Shown here one piece after another: positions 36,555 to 44,355 of a DNA stretch of 64,000 nucleotides. The stretch is from a virus (Duplodnaviria > Caudoviricetes), in IMG/VR virus record IMGVR_UViG_2808606779_000004, positions 688 to 64,687 of that record; one strand, given 5' to 3'. Both the position numbers and the translations under genes were made by a program. The notes below the pieces were generated by a model. That model did not search any database and had not been told where the DNA came from. It was given only the letters and a program-made list of their open reading frames with translations. The first letter of the stretch is position 1. The number at the start of each line of letters is the position of its first letter.

Positions 36555-37733
36555 CTACTCGGCGGTCTCTGCGGGGGATTCGTCGGCGGTGGCGGCGTCC
36601 TGGCGCAGCGTTTCGAGGTTCAGCCACTCCGTAACGTCGGAGTCGAGGGTGCCGGCCTGCTTCCGCGAGATCAGACCGTTCCGGAGCTGCTGAAGCTCGT
36701 CGTCGGTGAGTTCCTTCGAGGATCCGATTTCGCGGCCGACGATCTCGCGGATCACGATCAGCCGGTCAGCGCGCTTGTCGTCCCCGTTCAGGCCGAGCTC
36801 ACCGAACGTCGCGAAGATCGCCGAGTTCAGCCGGGTTCGGGCCGACTTGCGCAGCTCGGCCATCTCCTCACTCGGCCGGACATTCGTCGGCTGCGCGGCC
36901 GGCACTTCCTCGGCCGCCGGCTGAGGGTCGTCGGGGACGATCTCGGCGTCGACCGGTTCCTCGGTGGCCTGCTGCGCTGCCTGCTTCCGCTCCCGGGCCG
37001 CGCGAACACCGGCCACACCGGATCGCGGCCGACGCTGCGTCTGCGAGGCCGGCGGCTGTGACCAGTCCTCGGTGTCCAATTCGTCGGACGAGAACGGCAT
37101 TCCGAGCAGAATGTGCGGTGCGATCTCTCGGCACACCACCGCCGTAGCCTTCGCCCGGAGCATGTTCTTCGGCTCGGTGATGTACTTCATGTTGCCTTGG
37201 AGCTTGTTATTCGAATTCTTCTTGTACTCACCGGGTTTGCCCTCAATCTCGACGGGCACGTACTGCGCTTTGATGGCGTCCTCCATCGTGAAGCGGCAGC
37301 GTTCCGACTCGGACCCATCCGGAGACCACGCCTCGATATCGCAAGCGGTATCGCTGATTTCGTGGGTCTTGAACTTGTAGCCCTTGGCCTTCAGGATCGC
37401 CTTCATCGTGCGGGCTTCCAGCCCGGGTTGTCCGTGGATGACGATCACCGAGCGAAGCGACGCAATGGGGGATAGGCCGATCTCTGCGCCGAACAGAATC
37501 GCCGCGGCACCGTCGCCGGGCTTGCCGCGGAACCGGTCCGGAACCAACGCGCTGTAGCACATGCCTTCGGCGAAGAACTTTGCGTCGCGCATCGCGCCGA
37601 CGTGCTCGCGCAGGGTGGTAATCGCCGCCATATCAGGCAGGCGGGCCGGCGGAAGAACTTCCAGTGTCCCCGAGTCGAGTTGGTCCTCGTATGCCTCGAT
37701 GGTGTCTTCGAGGTCGGTCGTGAAGTCGGTCAT
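36555..37733 (-). CDS. RecT-like single-strand annealing protein
   Basis: VP..FRGKP.D.AAAIL.G.E.GL.P..SL..V.VIHG.P...KNML.A.A; follows the YqaJ nuclease. Confidence 0.8.
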   Translation of the reverse strand: MTDFTTDLEDTIEAYEDQLDSGTLEVLPPARLPDMAAITTLREHVGAMRDAKFFAEGMCYSALVPDRFRGKPGDGAAAILFGAEIGLSPIASLRSVIVIHGQPGLEARTMKAILKAKGYKFKTHEISDTACDIEAWSPDGSESERCRFTMEDAIKAQYVPVEIEGKPGEYKKNSNNKLQGNMKYITEPKNMLRAKATAVVCREIAPHILLGMPFSSDELDTEDWSQPPASQTQRRPRSGVAGVRAARERKQAAQQATEEPVDAEIVPDDPQPAAEEVPAAQPTNVRPSEEMAELRKSARTRLNSAIFATFGELGLNGDDKRADRLIVIREIVGREIGSSKELTDDELQQLRNGLISRKQAGTLDSDVTEWLNLETLRQDAATADESPAETAE

Positions 37734-38128
37734 GCTGCGGCCTTCCGTTGCTGGTTGGAGACGTGAGTTCCGTGTTTGACGGAATCGAGGACGTTCGCGC
37801 TGCGGGTGTCCCACCGCAGGTTGTCGACGTGGTTATTGCTGGGATCGCCGTCGCCGTGGCACGCTTCGAGCCCATCGGGACGCGGGCCAACGAACGCGGC
37901 GAGCACCAGAGCGTGAACGCGGAGCGTGCGCGGACCGGTACCACGGCCATAGAGCCGAACGACGGGATGGCCAGATTTCAACGGGCACAACGTCAGAAGC
38001 TTCGGATTGCGGCGATAGGTGCGGCCACGGCGGTCAGTCCGAACACGTCCGAGAGACCGCACGCGACCACGGTCGGACACCTCGTAGAGGCCCACATATC
38101 CGGGGACCGAACGCCATACCTCCATCAC
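37730..38128 (-). CDS. NUMOD4/HNH homing endonuclease
   Basis: EVWRSVPGY.GLYEVSD.GRVRS; VH.LV..AF.G..P......H.DG...NN...NL.W. Confidence 0.9.
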   Translation of the reverse strand: MMEVWRSVPGYVGLYEVSDRGRVRSLGRVRTDRRGRTYRRNPKLLTLCPLKSGHPVVRLYGRGTGPRTLRVHALVLAAFVGPRPDGLEACHGDGDPSNNHVDNLRWDTRSANVLDSVKHGTHVSNQQRKAAA

Positions 38129-39045
38129 TTCGCCCCCTTGGCCACGAACAGCGCGACCGATCCACGTGACGACGGCTGCCGGCGGGCGATCAGAGTCCCG
38201 TTGCAGCGGGCGTACTGCGCGTTCTTCATCGCGTCGAGAACTCGGGTCTTGGCCAGTCGCGCGGCGGTCTCGACCACCTTCAGATCAGCTGTGGCGGTCA
38301 GGTATTCGTCGGCCAGCTCCGAGGACAGCTCGACCTCGGCGCCCTTCTCGATGTCGGGGTGTTGCAGCCGGACCGTCTCGTAGGTGGCGACGCTGTCATC
38401 CAGCTCGGGCGGGGTGTCGCCGCCGAGCGACCGGTAGAACCGCCGGCATTCCTCGATGATGAACATCGCCTCTTGCTTGGCGTCGGTGTCGTAGGCGACC
38501 TCGTAGATCCGCTCGTCACCGAGGCGGGGCCCGATGGCCAGCAGTTGGCCGGGCAGATCCGTCCAGCCGGTGAACAGCATTGAGACGAGTACCTGCGTCC
38601 AGTAGTCGGCCGGCAGATCGCCCGACAGGTCATCGCCCCACTTGTCGGAATCGTTCTGGTCGCGGGCCATCTTGAACTCGACCACTCGGCGGCTGCGGCC
38701 CCGGACGCCGCGACGGTCGAGGGTGGCCATCGCGGGAAAGCCGAAATGGTCGGGGTCCACGACGAACTGGACCTCGCCGGGGGACAGCAGCCAGCCGGGG
38801 TTCTTGCGGCGCCACCGGTTGGCCGCGAACGGTTCGACGTCGTGACCGAGGTCGTAGGCGTCCTTCGGTTCCTCGTCGGGGAGTATGCCTTTCATGCGGC
38901 ACCACAGCGAGTAGGGCGATTCCCACCGGGACAGGCCCAGGATGGCGCCCACCTTGCTCGGCGAGATCGTGGCCAGGTGCTCCGGCGATCCGGGTGTGAT
39001 CCAGTCCGTGTCGCCCGGCTGGTGGACTGCGATGATGTGGTTCAC
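38125..39045 (-). CDS. RecE/YqaJ-like exonuclease
   Basis: ISPSKVGAILGLS.WESPY.LW; ATLD; VEFK; YWTQ motifs. Confidence 0.88.
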   Translation of the reverse strand: MNHIIAVHQPGDTDWITPGSPEHLATISPSKVGAILGLSRWESPYSLWCRMKGILPDEEPKDAYDLGHDVEPFAANRWRRKNPGWLLSPGEVQFVVDPDHFGFPAMATLDRRGVRGRSRRVVEFKMARDQNDSDKWGDDLSGDLPADYWTQVLVSMLFTGWTDLPGQLLAIGPRLGDERIYEVAYDTDAKQEAMFIIEECRRFYRSLGGDTPPELDDSVATYETVRLQHPDIEKGAEVELSSELADEYLTATADLKVVETAARLAKTRVLDAMKNAQYARCNGTLIARRQPSSRGSVALFVAKGAK

Positions 39046-39602
39046 CAGGTATCCCCGTCTGTGATGGATTCGTAGAGGTCGCGGCACCACTCGACGTCGC
39101 CGAGGGCGGTGTGCCGCTTGTATTCGTCCGGGTCGAGCCCGACGAGCCGGGTCAGTTCGTCTGATTTCCAAGGCCGGGGCGGTGTGCGTCCGTGAATGCC
39201 GGTCAGCCAGCCGACCGCGATCGTCGGCACGTCGAGCGGGTGGTAGTGCCATTCGGGCTCGATGTCGAACTCGGCCAGCAGATCCCCGAGGCGTTCCATA
39301 TCGAAACCGGGGTTCGATCCGGCGATCACAGCCTTACCGGCGACGATCTTGGCGATCCGGTCCGCCGCGTCGACCATGTCGATTGCCTGATCGAATCGGT
39401 ATCGCGCTTGGTAGTCCCGTTGGAACCACTCGGGCAGCGTTGCGGCCCAGTCGATCCCGTACCGCTTCTGCTGGTGGCGGATCTGGAAGTGTTCGCGCGC
39501 CGACTCGGTCCCGTCGTCCTCGATCCGGATCGCGGCGAACTCCCAGATCGGGGCACGGCGGTCGAGGCCAAGAGTTTCCGTGTCGAGGAATGTTGTTGTC
39601 AC
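39042..39602 (-). CDS. DnaQ-like 3'-5' exonuclease
   Basis: FLDTETLGL, N..FD, HTALGD (DEDDh). Confidence 0.88.
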   Translation of the reverse strand: MTTTFLDTETLGLDRRAPIWEFAAIRIEDDGTESAREHFQIRHQQKRYGIDWAATLPEWFQRDYQARYRFDQAIDMVDAADRIAKIVAGKAVIAGSNPGFDMERLGDLLAEFDIEPEWHYHPLDVPTIAVGWLTGIHGRTPPRPWKSDELTRLVGLDPDEYKRHTALGDVEWCRDLYESITDGDTW

Positions 39603-39811
39603 AGTTGAACCCACGTCCAGGTCGTCGCGGTCGGTGTCGGGGTGGAGCGCAGCCAGTAGCCGTCCACGAGGCCGGCGAGCATCGTGATCTCGGTCAGCGT
39701 CGTGTCGGCTTCGTAGCGCTTTGCGGGCTGGCCGGGGCGGCGGGTCAGCGACCAGACAAGAGAGCGGTTGTCGCGGATCAGGACGATTCCGGTCGTCGTC
39801 TTCGGCGGCAT
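39599..39811 (-). CDS. Hypothetical protein
   Basis: Coupled small ORF. Confidence 0.45.
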   Translation of the reverse strand: MPPKTTTGIVLIRDNRSLVWSLTRRPGQPAKRYEADTTLTEITMLAGLVDGYWLRSTPTPTATTWTWVQL

Positions 39812-39963
39812 CACGCCACCGCCCGCGCGGCGAGTTCGACCGGCTTGCCGGACATCTCGCAGAACGAGTAGCGGCGCCGGTGCTTGTCCGTAATCATGTG
39901 CACTGCGACGCATCCCACGCTGTTCTGTGGCACGTCACGCTTGCAGATCGGGCAGCGGATCAT
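39811..39963 (-). CDS. Small zinc-finger protein (50 aa)
   Basis: CPIC.R.V......H........C..SG; overlaps at both ends. Confidence 0.55.
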   Translation of the reverse strand: MIRCPICKRDVPQNSVGCVAVHMITDKHRRRYSFCEMSGKPVELAARAVA

Positions 39964-40793
39964 GACGCCACCGCCTCAGGCTGAAGCTCGATCCCGAACT
40001 TCTTGTAGCGCTTCTGAAGTGCATCGATGGTGATGTGCATCGCGGCTGCAATCTGCGCGTCGCTGTGGCCCAGTGCCCGGTGGTCGGCGACGATGTCGGC
40101 GAAGTCCGGCGGAATAACGATGTGAGTCGGACGCGGCGGGACACCTTCAGGGACTGCGTTCGGATCGTCCAGGGCGGCAGTCGATTCCCACGCGAACGGG
40201 GCGGCCCACCCAAACTGACGGGCCTGCTTGCGTGCGTCGGCGCTCGGTCCGGGCACCATGTGCAGCTGGTCGTAGAGACCCGCGATCGCGGCGGCCAGGT
40301 CCGCGTGAATCATCGGCGGACGCTTCACCGCTACCGTGGCGAGTTCCTGATCGGTGACATGGATTCGGTGTGCGATCTCGAACAGCGGGTAGCCGAGAGC
40401 AACCAGGGCTTGAACGCGACGGATCGCGCCGAGCGCTGCTACCTGGTTCTCGGGGATCTGGACCGCGAAGATCCGGTCAGCGGTCTTGCGGTGCACGCGA
40501 GTAAGCGGCCGGCGGCGGTCGTGGTCGCTCTGTCCTCGCAGGATGAGCTGGATCCGCGTTGGCTGGACACCGGCGGCCCGGGCGATGGCGGCCTGGTGGA
40601 GCCCGGCGGCGAGCAGTGCCTCGATGTGCTGCCGGACGTGCTCGGGGTCGACGCCGAACGGGTCGAATGTGCCGTCCTCGATGGCAGCGGCGCGCCAACG
40701 CTGGTAGCACTTGGCGCACATGCCTCGCCGGAGCTTCTTGAACTCTCGGCTGCACTTGGCGCAAGTCGGGGTAGTAGTGTCGGGGTCTGACAC
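39960..40793 (-). CDS. Multi-HTH DNA-binding protein
   Basis: VRQHIEALLAAG...IARAAGV; RRVQALVA.G; GWAAPFAW; C-terminal HTH. Confidence 0.75.
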   Translation of the reverse strand: MSDPDTTTPTCAKCSREFKKLRRGMCAKCYQRWRAAAIEDGTFDPFGVDPEHVRQHIEALLAAGLHQAAIARAAGVQPTRIQLILRGQSDHDRRRPLTRVHRKTADRIFAVQIPENQVAALGAIRRVQALVALGYPLFEIAHRIHVTDQELATVAVKRPPMIHADLAAAIAGLYDQLHMVPGPSADARKQARQFGWAAPFAWESTAALDDPNAVPEGVPPRPTHIVIPPDFADIVADHRALGHSDAQIAAAMHITIDALQKRYKKFGIELQPEAVAS

Positions 40794-40852
40794 GGATTGA
40801 CCTCCAATGTCGTGACGCCGGTTCCGCGCCCACCGCGGACCGGCGTCGGTCG

Positions 40853-41299
40853 TTAGTGGGTGGTAGAAGCGGGGCGCGCCGGGCCGGGTGAGGGGGACAC
40901 CGGCCCGGCGCTCTCACCACTGCCATCCCCAGCAGTGGTGGGAATCCAATTCATCGCGGCGAGCACGTCGGCGACGACGCCGGCCCAGAACGGGTACGGA
41001 TGCAGAGGGTGCTTAGCTGCGAGTTGTTCGGCTGCCCGGTCCTTGCGGGCGTCGAACGTGATGGTTGGCCATTCACCCTGGACGCGTTGTAGAGCTCCGC
41101 AGTTGTCGCAGATCGGATCGGCCGGTTGGCGGGATCCGACCACGCCGACCAACTGGCCGACGCTGTCGACCAGGGCGCCGACGAGACTGAGTGCCTGCTT
41201 CTCGAATTCGGTCATGCCGGCGCGCCGCTGCGCTTCCTCGGCGGACCGCTGGATCGCGGCCTGTTCGTCCGGCGACTGCCAGTCGCCCCACCCCGACAT
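40853..41299 (-). CDS. Hypothetical early protein
   Basis: 148 aa downstream of cro. Confidence 0.5.
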   Translation of the reverse strand: MSGWGDWQSPDEQAAIQRSAEEAQRRAGMTEFEKQALSLVGALVDSVGQLVGVVGSRQPADPICDNCGALQRVQGEWPTITFDARKDRAAEQLAAKHPLHPYPFWAGVVADVLAAMNWIPTTAGDGSGESAGPVSPSPGPARPASTTH

Positions 41300-41490
41300 C
41301 AGGAATCGCCGCCGGAGGGGTGGCCCAGGCCAAGGCACTGCGACGGCCCCGCCGTCGATGCAGAACGTGTACTGGGAGCTGGCCGTGTCCTGATGTGCCG
41401 GTAGGTGGCGGCGTCCCATTCGCGTGTGACGCCGTCACCGTCATCGGTAATGAGCCGGTCGCCGGCCAGGGCGACAACGCGGGCGTTCAC
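41299..41490 (-). CDS. Hypothetical early protein
   Basis: GTGA overlap with the cro stop. Confidence 0.4.
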   Translation of the reverse strand: MNARVVALAGDRLITDDGDGVTREWDAATYRHIRTRPAPSTRSASTAGPSQCLGLGHPSGGDS

Positions 41491-41690
41491 GCGCTGGCCT
41501 TGGTCGTATCGATGAATTCTGGAAACCATCCGCGCACGGTTTCGCGACTGACGACGACGCCGGTTTGCTCATGGATCTCGTCTGCGATGGATTGCCAGCT
41601 GTGGCCGGAGCGGCGAGCTGCGCCGACCAGCGCTCGTAGGGTTCGACCTTTGAGGCTGAGCTCAATCAGGTGCCTGGTTGGAGTTGCCAC
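41487..41690 (-). CDS. cro: Cro-like HTH protein
   Basis: SWQSIADEIHEQTGVVVSRETVRGWF; divergent from the repressor. Confidence 0.8.
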   Translation of the reverse strand: MATPTRHLIELSLKGRTLRALVGAARRSGHSWQSIADEIHEQTGVVVSRETVRGWFPEFIDTTKASA

Positions 41691-41814
41691 GCGCTAAAGC
41701 TTGCACTGCAAGCTAATAGCTGTCAACGACCGAGTATCAGTGTGTAGATGCTAGATGCAGGTCACACCGGCAAAAATATTGCAATTGCGGCAGATGGCGT
41801 GTCATGATCAGCGC
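41691..41814. promoter_or_regulatory. Divergent cro/rep promoters with a palindromic operator
   Basis: Minus strand TTGACA (41726-41721)-N17-CAAGCT; AGCTTGCA-C-TGCAAGCT at 41698-41714; plus strand TTGCAA (41779)-N18-CATGAT (41803), 6 nt before ATG 41815. Confidence 0.7.
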
Positions 41815-42129
41815 ATGACGATTGCAGTGGATAACGGCGCGTGGCGACCGAGGGACACTCTGGCTGCACGCTTCAAGTTGCTCCGCGGCGAGTTGGATAT
41901 GTCGCAGCGGGAGTTCGCGATGGCGACGGGGATACCCGTGTCGCAGGTTCAATCCATCGAGGACGGAAAGAGTCCTCGCGGCCTCGACGTCAAAGTGAAG
42001 AAGGTGGTCGACGCTTTCAAGGTCGATCGGGACTGGCTGATGTGGGGTGGCGAACTTGCCGATCCCACAACGCCAATCCCGCCGGATGGGTGCCCCCACC
42101 AGGGCTCGAACCTGGGACCTGCGGATTAA
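41815..42129 (+). CDS. Immunity repressor (XRE HTH), prophage form ending inside tRNA-Lys
   Basis: LAARFKLLRGELDMSQREFA..TGI...E.GKSPR...VD.DWL.WGG; last residues and TAA encoded by the tRNA antisense strand. Confidence 0.9.
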   Translation: MTIAVDNGAWRPRDTLAARFKLLRGELDMSQREFAMATGIPVSQVQSIEDGKSPRGLDVKVKKVVDAFKVDRDWLMWGGELADPTTPIPPDGCPHQGSNLGPAD

Positions 42130-42163
42130 AAGTCCGTAGCTCTACCAACTGAGCTATAGGGGC
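42091..42163 (-). tRNA. tRNA-Lys(UUU); 3' half is the prophage att core
   Basis: GCCCCTATAGCTCAGTTGGTAGAGC...GACTTTTAATC...GGTTCGAGCCC...GGGGGCA cloverleaf. Confidence 0.97.
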
Positions 42164-42296
42164 GCGAGAAGACAGGGTACAAGATGGTCGAAATTGGTGT
42201 TGCGACCACCGGGTTTGAAGATTTGGGCATCCGTACCCTAAGCTATCGAAGCTCCCAACGGACACGTTGTGAACACCCCGGAGAGATTCGGATTAG

Positions 42297-42369
42297 GCCC
42301 CCATCGTCTAGTGGCCTAGGACGCCGCCCTTTCACGGCGGTAGCACGGGTTCGAATCCCGTTGGGGGTA
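42297..42369 (+). tRNA. tRNA-Glu(UUC)
   Basis: Cloverleaf, loop CTTTCAC, GGTTCGAATCC. Confidence 0.97.
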
Positions 42370-42404
42370 CGCAACACGGAAACGTGGAGCATGCTGGAAA
42401 GTAA

Positions 42405-42481
42405 GGCCCTGTGGCGCAGTTGGTTAGCGCGCCGCCCTGTCACGGCGGAGGTCGCGGGTTCGAGTCCCGTCAGGGTCGCCA
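42405..42481 (+). tRNA. tRNA-Asp(GUC)
   Basis: Cloverleaf, loop CTGTCAC, ends GCCA. Confidence 0.97.
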
Positions 42482-42522
42482 TCACGGCGAGGCAGTTCGG
42501 TTTGCGAGAGCCGGTGCCTTCC

Positions 42523-42596
42523 GGCCAGGTAGCTCAGTTGGTACGAGCGTCCGCCTGAAAAGCGGAAGGTCGCCGGTTCGATCCCGGCCCTGGCCA
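42523..42596 (+). tRNA. tRNA-Phe(GAA); likely attachment site of the right-hand island
   Basis: Cloverleaf, loop CTGAAAA; integrase gene ends 140 bp downstream. Confidence 0.97.
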
Positions 42597-42600
42597 CTTC

Positions 42601-42630
42601 AAGAACCACCTGGTAACGGGTGGTTTTTCT
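42601..42630 (+). terminator. Intrinsic terminator after tRNA-Phe
   Basis: AACCACC-tggtaacg-GGTGGTT followed by TTTCT. Confidence 0.75.
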
Positions 42631-42662
42631 GTATCCGGAGACGTTCAGTGCGAGGCGTCCGA

Positions 42663-42722
42663 TGACCCACGTTGACCCATTCCGAAATTAATGACCCGGA
42701 GCGGTGACTCCGTTGACCCACG
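42663..42722. repeat. TGACCC(A/G) repeats, probable integrase arm-type sites
   Basis: TGACCCA at 42663, 42673 and 42714; TGACCCG at 42692. Confidence 0.65.
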
Positions 42723-42736
42723 GCTCGGTCACCCGG

Positions 42737-43942
42737 TCACTCCGAAGCGGCGGCGTTTGGCTTCGCGCTCGTGATCGAGTTGAGCACCGCGGCGGCGTCG
42801 TTCAGCGCGTCGTTCGTCGAGTGCGCGTAGGTGCGCAGAGTGAACCCGGCGTCCTGGTGTCCGAGCCACGCGGCGATCACCACAACCGGTACCCCGCGCA
42901 TGTGCATCAGCGTCGCGCAGGAGTGCCGCGCGTCGTGCAGCCGGACGTGGGGGAGACCGGCGCCGGCGAGGGCGTTCTTCCATGCGTGCGTAATCGTGTC
43001 CGGGTGCGGGGCGTTGCCGAACTCGTCGACCACGACGAGACCGGAGTCCCGCCACTTCGACCCAAGCGCGAGCTTCGCCTCCCGCTGCCGCTTCCGTTCC
43101 GCCTTCAACGCGCGAGCCAGGTCTTCCGGCATCGGCAACGTCCTGGTACTCGTCTTCGTCTTCGTCGCGCCGGTGACGCTGCCGCCCGAAACGGCTAGGC
43201 GTGCGGCGGAGATCGCGACGGTTCCAGCGTCGAAGTCGACGGCGCCCCAGCTGAGCGCGAGGATCTCACCGCGGCGCAGACCGTAGACCGCCAGGTGCCA
43301 GGCGATCCCGAACGCATCGCCCGCCGTCGCGCTGAGCAGTTTCGTCACCTGGTCGGCGTCGAGCGTGTGCATCTCAGCCTTCTCCGTCGGCAACGACTTC
43401 ACGAGCGCGGCGGGGTTACGGACGACGATGCCCTGGTTCGTCAGGTCCTCGAAGATCGATCGGGTGCGGGCGAGCATCGGGTTGATCGACGTCGCGGCCC
43501 ACGCGGACCTCATCGTCTTCCTGTTCCTGGTGAGCTTCTCCGGCGCGTGCCAGGTGCCCATCTCTGACTTGCCCTCGCGCAGCGCGGTGACCACCTTCTC
43601 GATGTCGTCCTTCGTCACCTGTTGCACGGGCCGATCGCCGAGAGCGTCGACGAGCGGCCGCAGCGACGTCACATACGCCGACATAGTCTTCGGCCGGATG
43701 CGCTGACCGATCAGCCATGAGTCCACAGCCTGGCGCACTGTGATCTCCGACGGCGCGACATGCGTCCCGTGCGCGAGCTCGGAGACGACGGTGCTGCGCC
43801 ACTTCACCGCCGCCTCGACCGACTCGAACCTCTTCTTGTGCTGGAATCGGCTGCCGTCCGCACGCTGGCCGTGCACCCGCACCTCATACCTACGCCCCGC
43901 CGTCGTCTCGACGGGCTTCACCCAATCCGGTCGTCTCGCCAT
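42737..43942 (-). CDS. int: Tyrosine integrase of the island
   Basis: GLRRGE (R), LHDARH (HxxR), LGH, TYAH (Y); N-terminal arm-binding-like domain. Confidence 0.95.
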   Translation of the reverse strand: MARRPDWVKPVETTAGRRYEVRVHGQRADGSRFQHKKRFESVEAAVKWRSTVVSELAHGTHVAPSEITVRQAVDSWLIGQRIRPKTMSAYVTSLRPLVDALGDRPVQQVTKDDIEKVVTALREGKSEMGTWHAPEKLTRNRKTMRSAWAATSINPMLARTRSIFEDLTNQGIVVRNPAALVKSLPTEKAEMHTLDADQVTKLLSATAGDAFGIAWHLAVYGLRRGEILALSWGAVDFDAGTVAISAARLAVSGGSVTGATKTKTSTRTLPMPEDLARALKAERKRQREAKLALGSKWRDSGLVVVDEFGNAPHPDTITHAWKNALAGAGLPHVRLHDARHSCATLMHMRGVPVVVIAAWLGHQDAGFTLRTYAHSTNDALNDAAAVLNSITSAKPNAAASE

Positions 43943-44063
43943 GCGCTGGAGCATCCCAGGGTTTGCGGGGACCGTCGCCAGACCCGTAGGACACGCCGAG
44001 TGCCTTCGGCGTGTCGTCCCGGCTCGCGTGCAGTCGTCGGCTTCGTGGGCTTCGCTGAGTCAC

Positions 44064-44324
44064 ATGAGCACGAACTCGAACGAGCTGGCCGCCGCGATCG
44101 CCGCGTTGCTGACCGCCGCGCAGACCACACCCACAGAGCCGGCCGCCCCAGCGCCCACGTTGCTGACCGTGGCCGAGACCGCGGAGTTGCTGCGGTGCGG
44201 GCAAACCATGGTGTACCAGCTCCTGAAGGACGGCAGGCTCGCATCGGTGAAGATCGGTCGGCGCCGGTTGGTGAGGGCTGCGGCGGTCGAGACGTTCATC
44301 GAGCGTGGGGGAGCGGCGGCATAG
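44064..44324 (+). CDS. xis: Excisionase-like HTH protein
   Basis: LLTVAETAELLRCG...VYQLL..G.L.SVKIGRRRLV. Confidence 0.85.
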   Translation: MSTNSNELAAAIAALLTAAQTTPTEPAAPAPTLLTVAETAELLRCGQTMVYQLLKDGRLASVKIGRRRLVRAAAVETFIERGGAAA

Positions 44325-44355
44325 GGGTTGGCGAGGGCGCCTGCCGTGTCTTCCG

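Larger units (their letters stand above)
1..42130 (-). mobile_element. Siphoviral prophage (mycobacteriophage-like) integrated in tRNA-Lys(UUU); left end and integrase lie outside the window
   Basis: Contiguous minus-strand early, packaging, head and tail modules ending at a repressor that overlaps the tRNA-Lys 3' half. Confidence 0.95.

Noticed and set aside
42088-42091. tRNA-Lys as a pseudogene because CCA is not encoded
   Set aside because: The cloverleaf is intact and CCA can be added post-transcriptionally.
42737-43942. This integrase as the prophage integrase
   Set aside because: It lies beyond four host tRNAs, abuts tRNA-Phe, and has its own Xis and arm repeats, so it belongs to the island.
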